DNA of 64,000 nucleotides, taken from Felis catus (taxonomy: Eukaryota). Within the stretch, counting starts at the first letter, position 1. Every line of letters starts with the position of its first letter. The notes beneath the pieces are model-generated. The model made no database searches. It was not told where the DNA came from and saw only the letters and a program-made list of their open reading frames with translations. Location of the stretch: NCBI RefSeq assembly GCF_018350175.1, contig NC_058368.1, forward strand, positions 167,526,001 through 167,590,000. Reading direction: 5' to 3'. This document shows, piece after piece, positions 1-12,280 of the stretch. A program made the position numbers and the translations under genes.

Positions 1-779
1 TATGTTCTTTCTTCACCATGCCTCTATTCTCCTCTAGAATATTCCCTTCTTGAACCTCTACACCACTTACTGCCTATTTAGTAAGTCAACCCAACAGCCT
101 CTCTTTGGCCCACATGTAACACAAACTGCCTTTTTTTGTGGATCAACATCCTGTGTCTATCAAAATCTGGTATGCACAGTGTCTCATCCACTGTGGTTTC
201 TCTCACACCAACTAGTTACAAGAATTAAATTGAACCAGTATTTACTATATAACGGGCACTGGGTGAACTGTATGTATACCTCTTTTCTTAATTGTCTTAA
301 GAGACCTATAGATTTTTTACCATAAGACCAAAGACCACACAAGTTATGAGGGGACAAAACCCCAAGTAAAATTCACATTTTCTATTGTACCTGGAATTCT
401 GTTCCCTTGCCCAGAACAATCTTAAATAAATTTCTCAAACTCAGTGGTCTGTCTGCAGCAAGAGGAAGTTACCTGAACCAATGTCCTCATGAAGCTAATT
501 CATCATTCCATTTCACATTCCACTGATGAAAATCCACAGGAAGACATTTTTTGATCAAAATTTTTATCTTATTTAAACCTATTCAGCACATCTCATCGAT
601 CTTAAATTATCTACTGTGTGGGAGACAGGTCCCATCAAGGTGGTGACACAGGAAGAAATCAACTGACTGCTTAAGCCCAAACTTCAAGGCTCCAGTTCCA
701 ACCCCCCCCACCCCCCCATCCTGTCACCACCTACCTCTCTTTCCTTTACTAATCTCAGTATACCTAGAATTTTATGTGA

Positions 780-920
780 TGATTTCCATAATGTCTACCT
801 CCCTACTGAACAGTCAGCCACATGAGGGCAGCGGCCATGGTTGGTGTCTGTCACATTTTAGCCCTGGTCCCTAGCACAGTGACTGGGAAGCGATAGGTGC
901 CCAATAAGTGTCTGCCAAAG
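780..920 (+). mobile_element. L2 LINE 3' end fragment (ancient)
   Basis: catgagggcag...cctagcacagtgactggga...ataggtgcccaataagtgtctg resembles the L2 3' terminus (cctagcacagtgcctggcacatagtaggtgctcaataaatgtttg). Confidence 0.6.
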
Positions 921-1439
921 GAGAAGGGGTGGGAGAGGCAAGGATGAAGACCAGGCAGCACGCATCCTAGCGTGAATCTGGACGAAGTGCCATCTCAAGA
1001 ATCATGCCGCCCAGTGGCTGACCTGACAGGAGCTCAGAAGCTGTGCTGCCTAGAGCAATATGGTAAAAGTTATTTTGCTTTCTCCTATCTGAATCATGGT
1101 ATTTGTCAGCCAATACACACAAAAGTGAATTCAGTCCTGGTGAGTTGTGAAATTCTCCCTGTATTCTGGTCGGACTTCTCTCTGTGTGCTGTGGTTCTCC
1201 TCTGTGCAACGGGGATAAAGAACTTCTACCACTGGTATGAAATCTTTTGCCTACCAAATAAAATAGTAAATGAACTTTCTCAGAGTTCCTTTAAAAACAA
1301 AACAGTTTCCATATCAAGTTTTGTTACTACTACATTTGTTTAGATATGTGTTCACCTTTGAATAACTGAAATATTTGGCTTCTTACAATAATGATCTAAT
1401 AAGAAGGCAATCAAATACAGTGGTTCCTAACAGATTTCC

Positions 1440-1730
1440 AGTCTAAGAAACTTGGGTTCAAATATTCATTGAAATGTTATGCAATGTAAAGTAAACTGCA
1501 ATGATATGACAGTACCTACCCTACAGTGTTCCTGGAGGAATTAAGTGATCAAATATAAAGTGTTTAGACTATAACGTGCCAGACACATGGTCAATGTAAA
1601 TGTTGCTATTCTCATTATTTTGTGATTGAAAAAATGTGAGCCCTGAAGAGATTAAGTGACCTGCCCAAGTTTATACTGCAAGATGCAAAGATAAGGCTAA
1701 TAGTTCTCAACCCGCACTCCTGAACTCCAT
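1440..1730. mobile_element. Two adjacent MIR fragments in opposite orientation
   Basis: Plus-strand MIR-like: cttgggttcaaat...acagtacctaccctacagtg...tgccagacacatggtcaatgtaaatgttgctatt (~1440-1610). Then a minus-strand core: gagattaagtgacctgcccaagt (~1615-1730). Confidence 0.6.
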
Positions 1731-4700
1731 CATACATGGATTATGCTGTTTAAAATATACATATAACCAGCTTTTATTCCTTTTTCCTTTCTCTTTTGCA
1801 TTTTACACTAAGCAAATAATTTCCTGGCTTTCAGGAAATTGTCATTTTTAAATGCTTACTACCTGATTATATTCATTAAAGATTTCCAAATAGTCCTGAG
1901 TCTAGCAAAGTAGAAATCTTACCATGATTATGTTATTACAGAGCGGAGGAGAGAGAATGTATTTCTCTTACAAAACTTCTATGAGAGTCAATATAATTCC
2001 CATTATACTTTCTGTGCTATTTTATTATCCCTTTCTTTATTAGAGGTTTAGATTTGAAGTTGCTCTAAGAAAAAGGATAGGAATGGAAAGAGATTTAAAT
2101 TGCTCTTTGTCCATATTAAGGCCAAAGCTTTAGCAGATAAGGACAAAGGAAAGGTTAAGACACAATGGTCAAATGCTGTGACCTAATTGTCTTGACTAAC
2201 TTACTTTTTGTCCTTTCATTAATGAGAACCGTCCAATTTAGACTCCCTTATTATGCAACAATGAAAGCCAAGTATGTTTAAGGGTATAGTTTTCCCTTGA
2301 TGTCATTACTTTCTAAATGGGAAATATTTATGGAGAAGAATCTAGGTAGAACCTAAAGAAAGAGAACACAAAAAAGTTGGTTGATATGAGATTGTTTTTC
2401 CCTTGTACACGCTCTGGTACTTTCATGTGTAAGCAAAACATTGGAAGTACCCATGATGAGAATTCTAAAGCCAGATGGGTCTTTAAAGGGCAGAATGGCA
2501 AGAAAAGAGGTTAGGGATAATCTTAACAGTTGAAAGAGTTGACACAGACAAAGGTGCAGTGAATCACAGGGATCACAAATGGCCAGGGCTGGGCCAGATG
2601 ACTCCCAGAGCTGCACACCTTCTCCCTGGCCCCCAGTGGATCAACCTCCTCCCTGATACTCCCCCCCCACCTTTTTTTATACCAGTCATGCACAGTCCCA
2701 CTTTCTCCCAAAGTCTTCTTCACAGTGACTTCTGCTGAGAATTTATTTTCTGATCATTTACTGTGACTCTTCTGAAAAGGTCCTAACTCCCTCTTTACTG
2801 ACAGAGTAACAGGACGGAATGCATGAATTGCTGTTGACAACAATGATGTTTGTACAGAGCACTCTCTACAGGCCCCCCACCTCACTTTTTTCTCTCTCCC
2901 ATGAGGTAATTCATGACAGAATGCTAACTTCAAATTCGATCAAAGACAAGATTACATTTAAGTTCCCCCAAATCTGAGAACATGAATATACTTTGAAACA
3001 AGGACTGTGCATATATATCCTTTGCTTAATATGTGTTCTGAAACTGACTAAAGGAACAGACTTGCTGTGAGGATAATATATTCATATTGGATCCCATCTC
3101 AAACGCGTTACTGTAAAACACTTTGGTATTCTGAGTATTAGAGTAGTTATATAAAACTAGATACTCTATTTTCTCAAATGTTACAACATTGAAAATTCAA
3201 GTGTCTTATGCTGAAAGTTTATTTTTAAAAGATCACTTTTACATTCAAAAAGAATGAATTACTTTCAACTTCTAATTTTATCTAATGCTTACCAACCAAT
3301 ATATGAAAGATTTTCAACTTTTACTTAAATATAGTCATTGGCTATACTGTTATAAATAACAAGCCAATAAAAGCTTTTCAAATAATATCAAGTAGAGAGA
3401 GACAGGGAGAAGAAATGGTTACCTGATTCCTTAAGCAAGAAATTACCTCTTCTGTTTACTTACTATGTAGTCTCCGTCATTAAGAGTAGGTCAATTTGGC
3501 TCTTTATAAAGAAAGATGTAAGCAAAAATACTGTTCTTATCTTTTGATTAATCACATACTCACACTTTTAACATTACCCACCTGTCCTTTCCACTCAACG
3601 ACTTGAGCCATCTCCCCGCTGCTGTTTGGAAGGTGGCTCAACTTTCGGCTGCCCAGAAAAAAGTCAAGTGATCTATTTTTATACATTCTAGTTTCATGGA
3701 TGCTCCTACCTGCATGGGTGACATGGATATGTGACCTAATGCCCTTGCATATCGGATTCCTCACCTGTCAAAATAGGGGCTGGAATCCAATCGGGCTCCT
3801 CTCCTTGCCCCAGACCCCAACCACTCTCCATACAATACTCAGGGACAACCCTCACCCACCCTAACAGCTGCTTGCTTGGCCAGCTCCTGAAGCCAGGCTC
3901 CCTGAGAGGACAGCAGAGTCCGGAGTCAGCCATTACTGCAAGGCTAGCCTTCAGGCCTGCAGGTATGTATGGGAGGGCTACCTCTAGATCAGGTTCCTAA
4001 AGTATGGTGCCCTTTCTTCAACCAATAGAGAGTAACAGCTTTAAACCCTATGATAACTTAACTGCCTATTAACTACTCCCATGGAAAACAGGTGAAGCAT
4101 TAGATAGTAAAGGGAGGCAGCACAGGGATAGAATCCCTGTTCACTTGTCCAGGTTCCCTAAACTCCATCCGTTTTAAGACCAGATAACCCAATTAAGACC
4201 CAGTGTCTTCTCTAAATTATAATTCAAAGCTTTAGAGCATCATTAATAAGAAAGAGGCATAAAAGACAATTTACAAAACTCCAAGTAAACTCCATATCCT
4301 ACCTGGTCCCATTTATATTAGGAGCCATGTGACAAATACCTTTTGGTCTTGAGAAAATGACAAGTATATCAATGATCAGGTTTCTCTTTTCCCACAGCTA
4401 CCAGGAAACCAAAAGTCATATTTAATGCTTAAATAGATCTGAATTCCTCCACTAAATTCTCCCTGAAATATTCTCATCTAAATTTCTGAAGTCTTTTAGA
4501 ATCTTTACTTTAACTGACTTTAGAAATTTGCATCTACTACTTCAAAATAAACTTAGAAATAAGTGAAGATATCAAAATATATACTAATACCTCAGCCAGT
4601 GTTCTCCCCAGGATAAAGATTTAACTCACAAGGCCCAGAATGGTGGCAAAGCAAAATACAAGGAACCCGAGGCATGTGGACCATGCAGCCTCCTTCCCCA

Positions 4701-5069
4701 CCCCCCACCCCCAGGTCTGTGTATCCTGCCATCCACGGCAGTTGTGGCCTGGCCACTGGTGAGGAAGGTGTCCCCAGGTCAGGAAACAGTAAACAGTCCG
4801 GGGAACTCAGTGCTGAATTACATAAACCACACAAGCACTTGAGACCTAACCACGCGCAGCTAGTTTTTTTGGAGCTCAGCAGTGCTGCTTCTTGATCCCT
4901 TGACAAAATTAATGATGGAACAATTCATTACTGACAAGGCAAAAAAATTTGCCACAATGTTTACAAGTGCTAATAAATTATGGATAATTTACCAAATTAA
5001 TACCAGTGAAACAAAGACCTCCTTTTTAGATTTTCATTTATCATTCTATCGAGCTCTTTTCTTCCACCC

Positions 5070-5295
5070 TCTCTGTCGTCTATATGTAGGTGTCTCTCTC
5101 TCTCTCACTCTGTCTCCCTGTGTATGTCTCTCTCTCTCTGTCTCCATGTGTGTGTCTCTCTCTTCCCGTGTGTGTATCTGTCTCCGGGTGTGCGTCTCTT
5201 CTCTCTCTCAGGCTTCATGTGTATGTCTCTTTGTCTCTGTGTGTGTCTCCTCTGTGTCCGTATGTGTGTGTGTATGTGTCTCTCTCTCTGTCTCC

Positions 5296-5338
<43 letters not shown>

Positions 5339-5545
5339 TAGCTTGGTATTTCTATGTCTCTGTCTCTCTGCCTGTGTCTCTCTCTCGGTCTCTGGGTGTC
5401 TGTTTTTTGTGTGTGTCTGTCTCTCTGTGTGTCTCTGTATGTCTGTCTCTGTTTCTTTCTGTATCTCTGTGTGTTGGTCCCTTGTCTCTTGCTGTGTGTC
5501 TCTATGTGTCACTGCATATGTACATCTTTGTCTCTTTCTGTCTCT

Positions 5546-5592
<47 letters not shown>
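5070..5592. repeat. Compound degenerate (TC)/(TG) microsatellite with pure (GT)20 at 5298-5337 and (AC)23 at 5547-5592
   Basis: Read directly from the sequence; about 520 bp dominated by TC/TG dinucleotides. Confidence 0.95.
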
Positions 5593-5594
<2 letters not shown>

Positions 5595-5777
5595 TCCGTA
5601 ACAGATTTTGACTTGAAATCAAAGTTGGAATACAGTCTAAATGGTGTGTGCTGGTGCTGTGTATAACAAAAAACTGGAATTACGCTTCAAGAACAGATTC
5701 TACAGGAAGTAAATGAGCATCAGTATTTTTTTAAAAAGAAATAGTAAAAAGAAAACATTTTCCAAACCTAAACTCAC

Positions 5778-5853
5778 TAGACCACAGTGACAACAACCTT
5801 CGGTGAGCACACGCCGTGCAGAAGGCTGACTCTTCCATCAAGAAACTTTTAAT
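5778..5853 (-). other. Candidate internal exon (76 nt) of an unidentified minus-strand transcript
   Basis: Minus strand: ctctttcaattttatttcttgtaccag|ATTAAAAG...GTGGTCTA|gtgagt, i.e. pyrimidine-rich acceptor and GTGAGT donor. Several CpGs are retained in an AT-rich, non-repetitive context. Only one frame is open (IKSFLMEESAFCTACAHRRLLSLWS); I do not recognise the peptide. Confidence 0.4.
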
Positions 5854-6369
5854 CTGGTACAAGAAATAAAATTGAAAGAGCTTCCCTTTGTATTTTTTAT
5901 GTTTTGGTTTGGAAAGAATACACTGGTATATGACCTTATAAAGCCGAATTATTCTTAGCATCCAGATAATTTCTTGTGGTAATAATGGGAAATTAAACTC
6001 ATAATGTAATATTTATATTGGAAGAACCAGCATTAAATTACTGGGCTGACTGTTTGAGTTGTAAAATGTGAGGGGAAAGGCTTCATTTTCAGTGGATTCA
6101 CAAACCAACAAGAAAGTGGGCGGGATATGAAAATAATCCTCCCTCTGGCTCTGCAACCCTGTGATGAGGTCATGAGATGGACTCAAATGCTCTCATAAAA
6201 ATGTACCCAACTCCTTGTGAAAAAAACCAGATTCAGGGTCCTTTGGAGAAACAGGGCTTCGTTAACTGTTCATTCTCTTTGTGATAAAATCGTTTTACAA
6301 GAGATCTCTTATTTTCAATTTTTGAGTAATTCCATACTAACACCTCATCCCCAGCTTTCTATCCCAAAT

Positions 6370-7230
6370 GAAATCTGATTTTTCTCCTAACACCCCCATC
6401 CCCAACTCCATCCTTAAAATGTGCCTGTCATCACCTGCTCCTTCTGTGCCCCTGACTGTGGCCAGATGCCTCCTGTTCCAAGTCTTGGGACACCTGGTTT
6501 CCTCTCCTTTCTCACTTGTATCCAAACTCCCATCCCTCCATCTCGCACTACTGCAGTGGCCTCGTAAGAAGGCTTTTCTTATGTCTGGGGTCTCCCTACA
6601 AGATTAGTCTGTCTAAAGAGCAATTCTCAAATCATCACTCAAAGTCAGCAGAGCTCCGCACTCCATTCCTGGTGCAAACAATTCTGGGACTTTTGTCCAA
6701 GCACTTCCTCAATGGGCCCTTGTTTACATCCATCACCCACTAGTCAGACAATCTCAACCACTGTGTTCCCAAAGGATTACATCCTGGAGAGAGGGGGTGG
6801 AATAGGGACACATTGCACGACCTGATGCTTCCCAGCCTTGAGCAGCTGGGTCTATTTGCCCAAGTCTCCTGCGTAAATTTTTTTCCAGAACATGATCCAG
6901 GCAAATTGGGCTGACAAATTATGGTTAAAGGCAGACCTTCTTCTTTCTCTCTCTGTCTTGGCTCCTAATCTTGCCTCCATTCTGAATTTCAAAATGCTAA
7001 CATTTCATACCCATCGCTGCTAAGAAATCTTTCCTGACTTCCCCACCACCAGACTTCCTCTTTCTTTAAATCCCAACAGCATGTGATCTATATTTGATAG
7101 TGTTAATTGTATTAGTCCTGCTTTAATGAATGATAGTGGTACTTGTCCCATTTCCATTTTTAGGCTATAAACCATGTTGTACACCCAAAGTCATAACGTA
7201 GTCACCCCATGAATGTTTGTAGGCCCAAAC
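6370..7230 (+). mobile_element. Degenerate L2 fragments
   Basis: Pyrimidine-rich L2-like phrases (tcttgggacacctggtttcctctcctttctcac; ccatctcgcactactgcagtggcctc; aagaaatctttcctgacttcccc). Boundaries approximate. Confidence 0.35.
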
Positions 7231-8456
7231 CACAGTTGGGATATTCTTAATTGATTTGCTATTCGTTTTCCGATCTACTACTCTCCATCAGATGACAGTG
7301 TAACTCAAGTCTTCTGACAGTACCATCAGTAATGACTCAGGCAGCTCTCTGTAGGGCCTCTTACCCTTATCCTTAGCCTCTTCCCTTCTTTTCAAGGGTC
7401 CTTTATCAGGTTTAGCCTTATTAATGAGCTCAGGATGCATGATAATAAGTATCTAGCACTCATTTCCTCTCACCATCTGATCTAACAATCAGATCTTTGG
7501 CTGGAGGAGTTCCACAATGACTGTAAGGATTGAACATTAAAAGCCCACACTTGCTACTCTTCGTCATCCTCCCAAAAAACCACACACACCATCCCCCAGC
7601 ATGTGTGCTTGGCCACTGGCTGAGTTGTATGTGACCTTTTTCAGGGGTTTGGTGCTAGAAGATGGAAAACTGGAACTGTTCTGGCCAACGTGAAGACCAA
7701 TAATATGGTATCATTCCAGCAGAAAGCCACAAACAAAGTCCACACTGGAACTAATTGGCACCAACCAGGAAGTGTGATACAATACTCTCCCTTCCACTGA
7801 AAACCTTCTGTGGTTTCAGGGTGAGGACGAAGAGAATTTTGAGAAAATAAACATCATATGAAATTTAAACCACACCAGGAACAAAAAAAAATAAGGACTG
7901 CAAGACCACAGAGTAGTATTTTTATGGGTAACTTTCAATTTTATCAAGACAGTCAGGAAAATAGTACGTGTAGCTATGTTATGGGACTTAAAAGCCAAGT
8001 TTTCATTTTGTTTTTACATTAATATTAGGAGTTCCCACATTTCATCTCTGTGTATGTTTACATAAATTACATTGATATCAAATCCAGATTTGGAGCATCT
8101 TAGCATAAATACTTGGTTAATTCTCCTTAACACTTTCATAGGTCAGCTTTTGATTTTTTACGTTTCTCTGGGAAATAATACCTGTGCGTACAAGTTTATT
8201 TCAATCACATTACTATATTGCTGCATTATGTTTTCATCATTTATGCAAGAAAAATTGTTACATCTAATATATAATTTATGTCCCTCTAGAAACAGGTATT
8301 TTTCTCCCAATTTACAGAAGCATCAGCTAGGTCTATTAAACACCAAAATACCAAAAGGAAACTTTTCCCTTTATCACATTCTTTTCCAAGTGTTAAAGGG
8401 GGCATGATTTTTTTTATAGCCTAAGTGGCTAAATCATTAAAGTAGTTGAGGGACAT

Positions 8457-8473
8457 GGGGGGGGGGGGGGGGG
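8457..8473. repeat. Poly-G tract (G17)
   Basis: 17 consecutive G. Confidence 0.95.
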
Positions 8474-11400
8474 AAGAAGAGCAGCACCAACTTTCAACTC
8501 TAAGAAAGAGGAGGTGGCGAAAAGGTTAATTTTACATGATGCTGCATATTTTAATTTAACTGCTGTTTCATTCATTGTCTAAAAACACTATTTGGAAATA
8601 TCCTTTTGTCGTATGTACAGAAGGGCTTTGCTATTGTCCCTCAGGAAGGCTGGCAGCTGGCCCTGCACTCTGACCTCCAACCCTGTCTCAGCAAGGGGCT
8701 CATTGATATTCCCAGAAGCTCCTCTCAATTGAAGAAGATCATTTAAAAAAGAAAACCCCACCTCAGGGCTGGTGGTCCTCTCACTCCCACCCTCTGCTCC
8801 TGCCCCCCCTGAGTGGTGGCATGCAGGTCTAGTCAAGCCCAACAATCCCTGGGCCTTCATAAACTCACTATTTTTCATGTATATTTGATGGGTCCTTTCC
8901 CTCTTATTCAAAGCGGCTTTCACAGTCATGTTACTGGGTGAGAGCCTTCTATTCTAGACTTACATTTGATTAATTTGTGGCATTCATGTGTCTAATTCTC
9001 TGCACACAAAGGGAATGAACTAGCTTGGACTCTATCGACAAGCCATTTCTGCCAGGAAAGTTCAAACGTAAAGGAAAAGGCGAGGTCAGTGGAGATGGTT
9101 TCCAGCTTGCTAAAAGCAGCTTGGAATCAAACACAATAAAATAGTCTAGTTTCAAAAAAAAAAAAAAAAAAGGCAAAACAAAACCTAGCTATCATCTCCA
9201 ATGCTTTTGTTAAGATACTTTAAAACATGTAAAAAGCAAATACCTAAATGCTGCATTCCTAGTCACACATACGTAGATGTGCACAAGAGGGAGCGCCCGA
9301 AACTACCGCAGCTTTCCAGACATCACACACATACCAAAAGAGACTCTTGGCTTCCCTTCAAATTCTATCAGTCAACTTTTATCAACCATAGTAAAAGCAG
9401 AAGACAATCAAAACTGGCTGCAATATCGTTTGAGTTTTAAGCTTTGGATCACTTCCAGTTATGTTTACAAAAGTGTGAAAGTATTCAGGAACGGAATAGT
9501 GACCAAATTCCTTATTCCTACTATGCAGTAAATACGTCCAAGCACGTCCCTAAATGCAATCCGTTGTAATTTCCTTAATTAATCTTAGCTAATCCTTAAA
9601 TAATAATAATAGCAAAAAATTTAGTGTCCACACTAAACTTCCTACGACAGTTTCCTTTTGTAAGTTCTCATTCGAATCTGATTGATTAATACTGGCTTTT
9701 TAAAAGTCCACAGAATTTTATTCTATGGCTACTTGAACTTTTACAAAATGTTTAAAAGAACTTACAACAAGATACGGGTTATCTGAAGTAGGCAGGGTGA
9801 GAAAGGGTTGTCCCATGTGTATCACAACCTGCCGTGTGTCCTTTCATAAAAAGCAGGACGCTGGTCATTCCATGATGTCACTGATATTCCATACAAAGAA
9901 GTCCCCACAGACCAAATTCCACTTCCTTTCTTATATTGCCAAAGATGAAATAAATCTTTAAAAATTCTGGGGAGAAAAACAACATGTATCAGGTTTGTTT
10001 GTTTTTTTTTTTTTTTTTAAAGAATATACAGGGGAGTCTGCAGGGAATAATGAGAGAAAAAAATAAAAACTTAACAACCCTAGCTTCTTCCATTTCTGCC
10101 ATTTACTTCTAGGACCTTGGGCTTACCCTCCTGCTCTAAGTACACATGCTCAGGCCCTAGGACCTGAACAATCATCTGCCTATTCCGGAAAGGTGAGAGA
10201 ACACCATGCCAGGTAAATGGAGTTTGTGACCAAGCACCCCACTCCCGTCCCAGGCTGGGATGCCTGAAACCAAGACACCCAAGGCTCCTAAGAAAGGGAA
10301 GACACAGGGTAGACATTCCCACAGAGTTCTAGAAGCATTTTCTTTAATCGCACAAGGGAAACAGAACCATTCACCTTAAAATGCCAATAACCAGGCTCCA
10401 TGAAGAACAGGCAAGGGAAAACCTAGGTTGTGGACTATGTGCAATTTCTAGGCTACCCTTGGAAATTAAGGTGTGTGGCACCCTTGGAACTTAAGGCCTG
10501 GGCACTCCAAGTATGTGCTCTTAGGCAAGGCAGCGTGTGGTGTAGACTGAAGAGTGTTTTTGTTGTTTCTAACATTTACATTCAAGCTTTAAACAAACAT
10601 ACATATACTCCTTTGCCTATGTACATGCACCTTCCTGTGGGGGAGTGGAAGAAATGCAAGAGACAAAAAGGAAAGCCAAAGATCACGGGGAGAGAACAGC
10701 CCATGAGAGAGCCAGGAAAGGCAGGTGGGAGACAGCTGGCTGGGGCAAAGCCTGTGAAGTCCTACAGAGGGGACACTGAGACAGGCAGCAAAGGGGACAG
10801 AATGGCAGAATAATGTCCACAAGAGGTACTGTACTGACAACAATTAAAGGGTAAAAACTAAGGAAAGAAGGAAACCACGGGGCACCCAACAGCTGCGGTT
10901 CTTAACTGCCTCAGCTTAGAGATGCAATCATTCCCCTTCTTCCACTGCCCATCCTCAGACTCAGGTCTTGAATGTGCCCAAGTGCGTCTGAGCAAGGTTG
11001 CCCCAGATGGAAAACACATAAATTGCAACACGTGAAAGAATCAGAAGTGCCAACATAAATAAGACTGAAGAGTTTGCTACTTTGAGGCTTGTGATGAAAT
11101 GGACTACTTGAAAAATATTTAAAAACTTGATGATATAAAGTGTATCTTTTCCACAAAACAAAATTTCAGTTCTGTAAGTTCCATAAAATTATCAGAAGCC
11201 CTGCATATTTTTATAAATCTATCTCAGCTCCTAGATTCAGTGCATCTGTGATGGCAACTGGTACTGAGAGTCCGTACAAAGTATAATGTCAGGACAGCCA
11301 AAATTATGACTTCTCATTAATTTCTCCCATCCTGATTCTTTTCAGCCTGGAGACCAAGTCCTCTCCCTGAGCTCCTAACAAACACATGCACATATACATA

Positions 11401-11484
11401 CGTAGGGTGCATATGTTGTACAGCAGCACAGGTATCTCTACATATGAACATTAACATATTAGCCTATTAACTCCAAGATGGGCA

Positions 11485-12280
11485 TACAGTCAGAACAGAA
11501 GCCAACTCTGGTGAACTTAAGCAGAAATGCTATCTCCGATAAGAAAATGGACTCTCTTGGGGTGCCTGGGTGGTTCAGTTAAGCGTCTGACTCTTGATTT
11601 CGGCTAAGGTCACGACTTCATGGTTGGTTTGTAAGATTGAGCCCTGTGTCGGGCTCAGCATGGAGCATGGAACCTGCTTGGGATTCTCTCCTGTTCTCTC
11701 TGCATCCCTCCCCCGCTGGCAGGCTCTCCCTTTCTCTCTCAAAATAAACGTTTGTTTTTAAAGAAAAAAAAAAAAAACAACACAGAAAAGAAAACAGACT
11801 CTCTCAAAAACTCCACTAGAGGATTGTTAGGAAATGGGCCCAAACCTAAGAAGGCAGCCATGGAAGCTAATAGCTCTGGGGACTCCTGCATACTGTCTGC
11901 TGAGCTGTTGGACTCAAGGTCCACAGCCACACCTACACCCCCATCAGCAAACCCTGAAGGCCAGTGGCAAGGGAAGGAGCTCTCAAATGTCCATGATTCT
12001 TTGGTCCCTCTCCCCAGACTTCAAGTCCCAGGCAGAGACATCAGATTGGTGAGTGTAGGCCATGTACCTATGCCATAAGTGCTGGAGATCCCAGGGAACA
12101 AAGATCTAGCCGTTGGGAGTCTGCTATACTGGAGGTGAGCCCTCACTGCATTGAAATGGTCTCCAATGGTGGGTATTCCAGCCCTCTAGGAAGGGCCCTT
12201 CAAGATGCTAGGCACCTCCAAACACCTTCCTCCCCTCCCCCCAAAAAAGCACAAAAAACAAAAAGGTGACAGCTTCACTC
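11485..12280 (-). mobile_element. Probable ERVL-MaLR (MLT1-type) solo LTR, interrupted by a Can-SINE
   Basis: aacagaagccaactctggtgaacttaagcagaaa at one end and cttcaagtcccaggcagagacatcagattggtgagtgtaggccatgtacctatgcc internally resemble reverse-strand old MLT1 LTRs. Subfamily not assigned. Confidence 0.5.
11559..11787 (+). mobile_element. Can-SINE (older carnivore/felid subfamily)
   Basis: ggggtgcctgggtggttcagttaagcgtctgactcttgatttc head, CT-rich body, aataaa/A-tail. Diverged TSD aagaaaaTGgactctct (11541-11557) / aagaaaaCAgactctct (11788-11804). Confidence 0.93.

Noticed and set aside
4882..5666. Longest ORFs (161-221 aa) on both strands
   Set aside because: Translations of the TC/TG/CA microsatellite (CVCV, SLSL, HTHT); these repeats simply lack stop codons.
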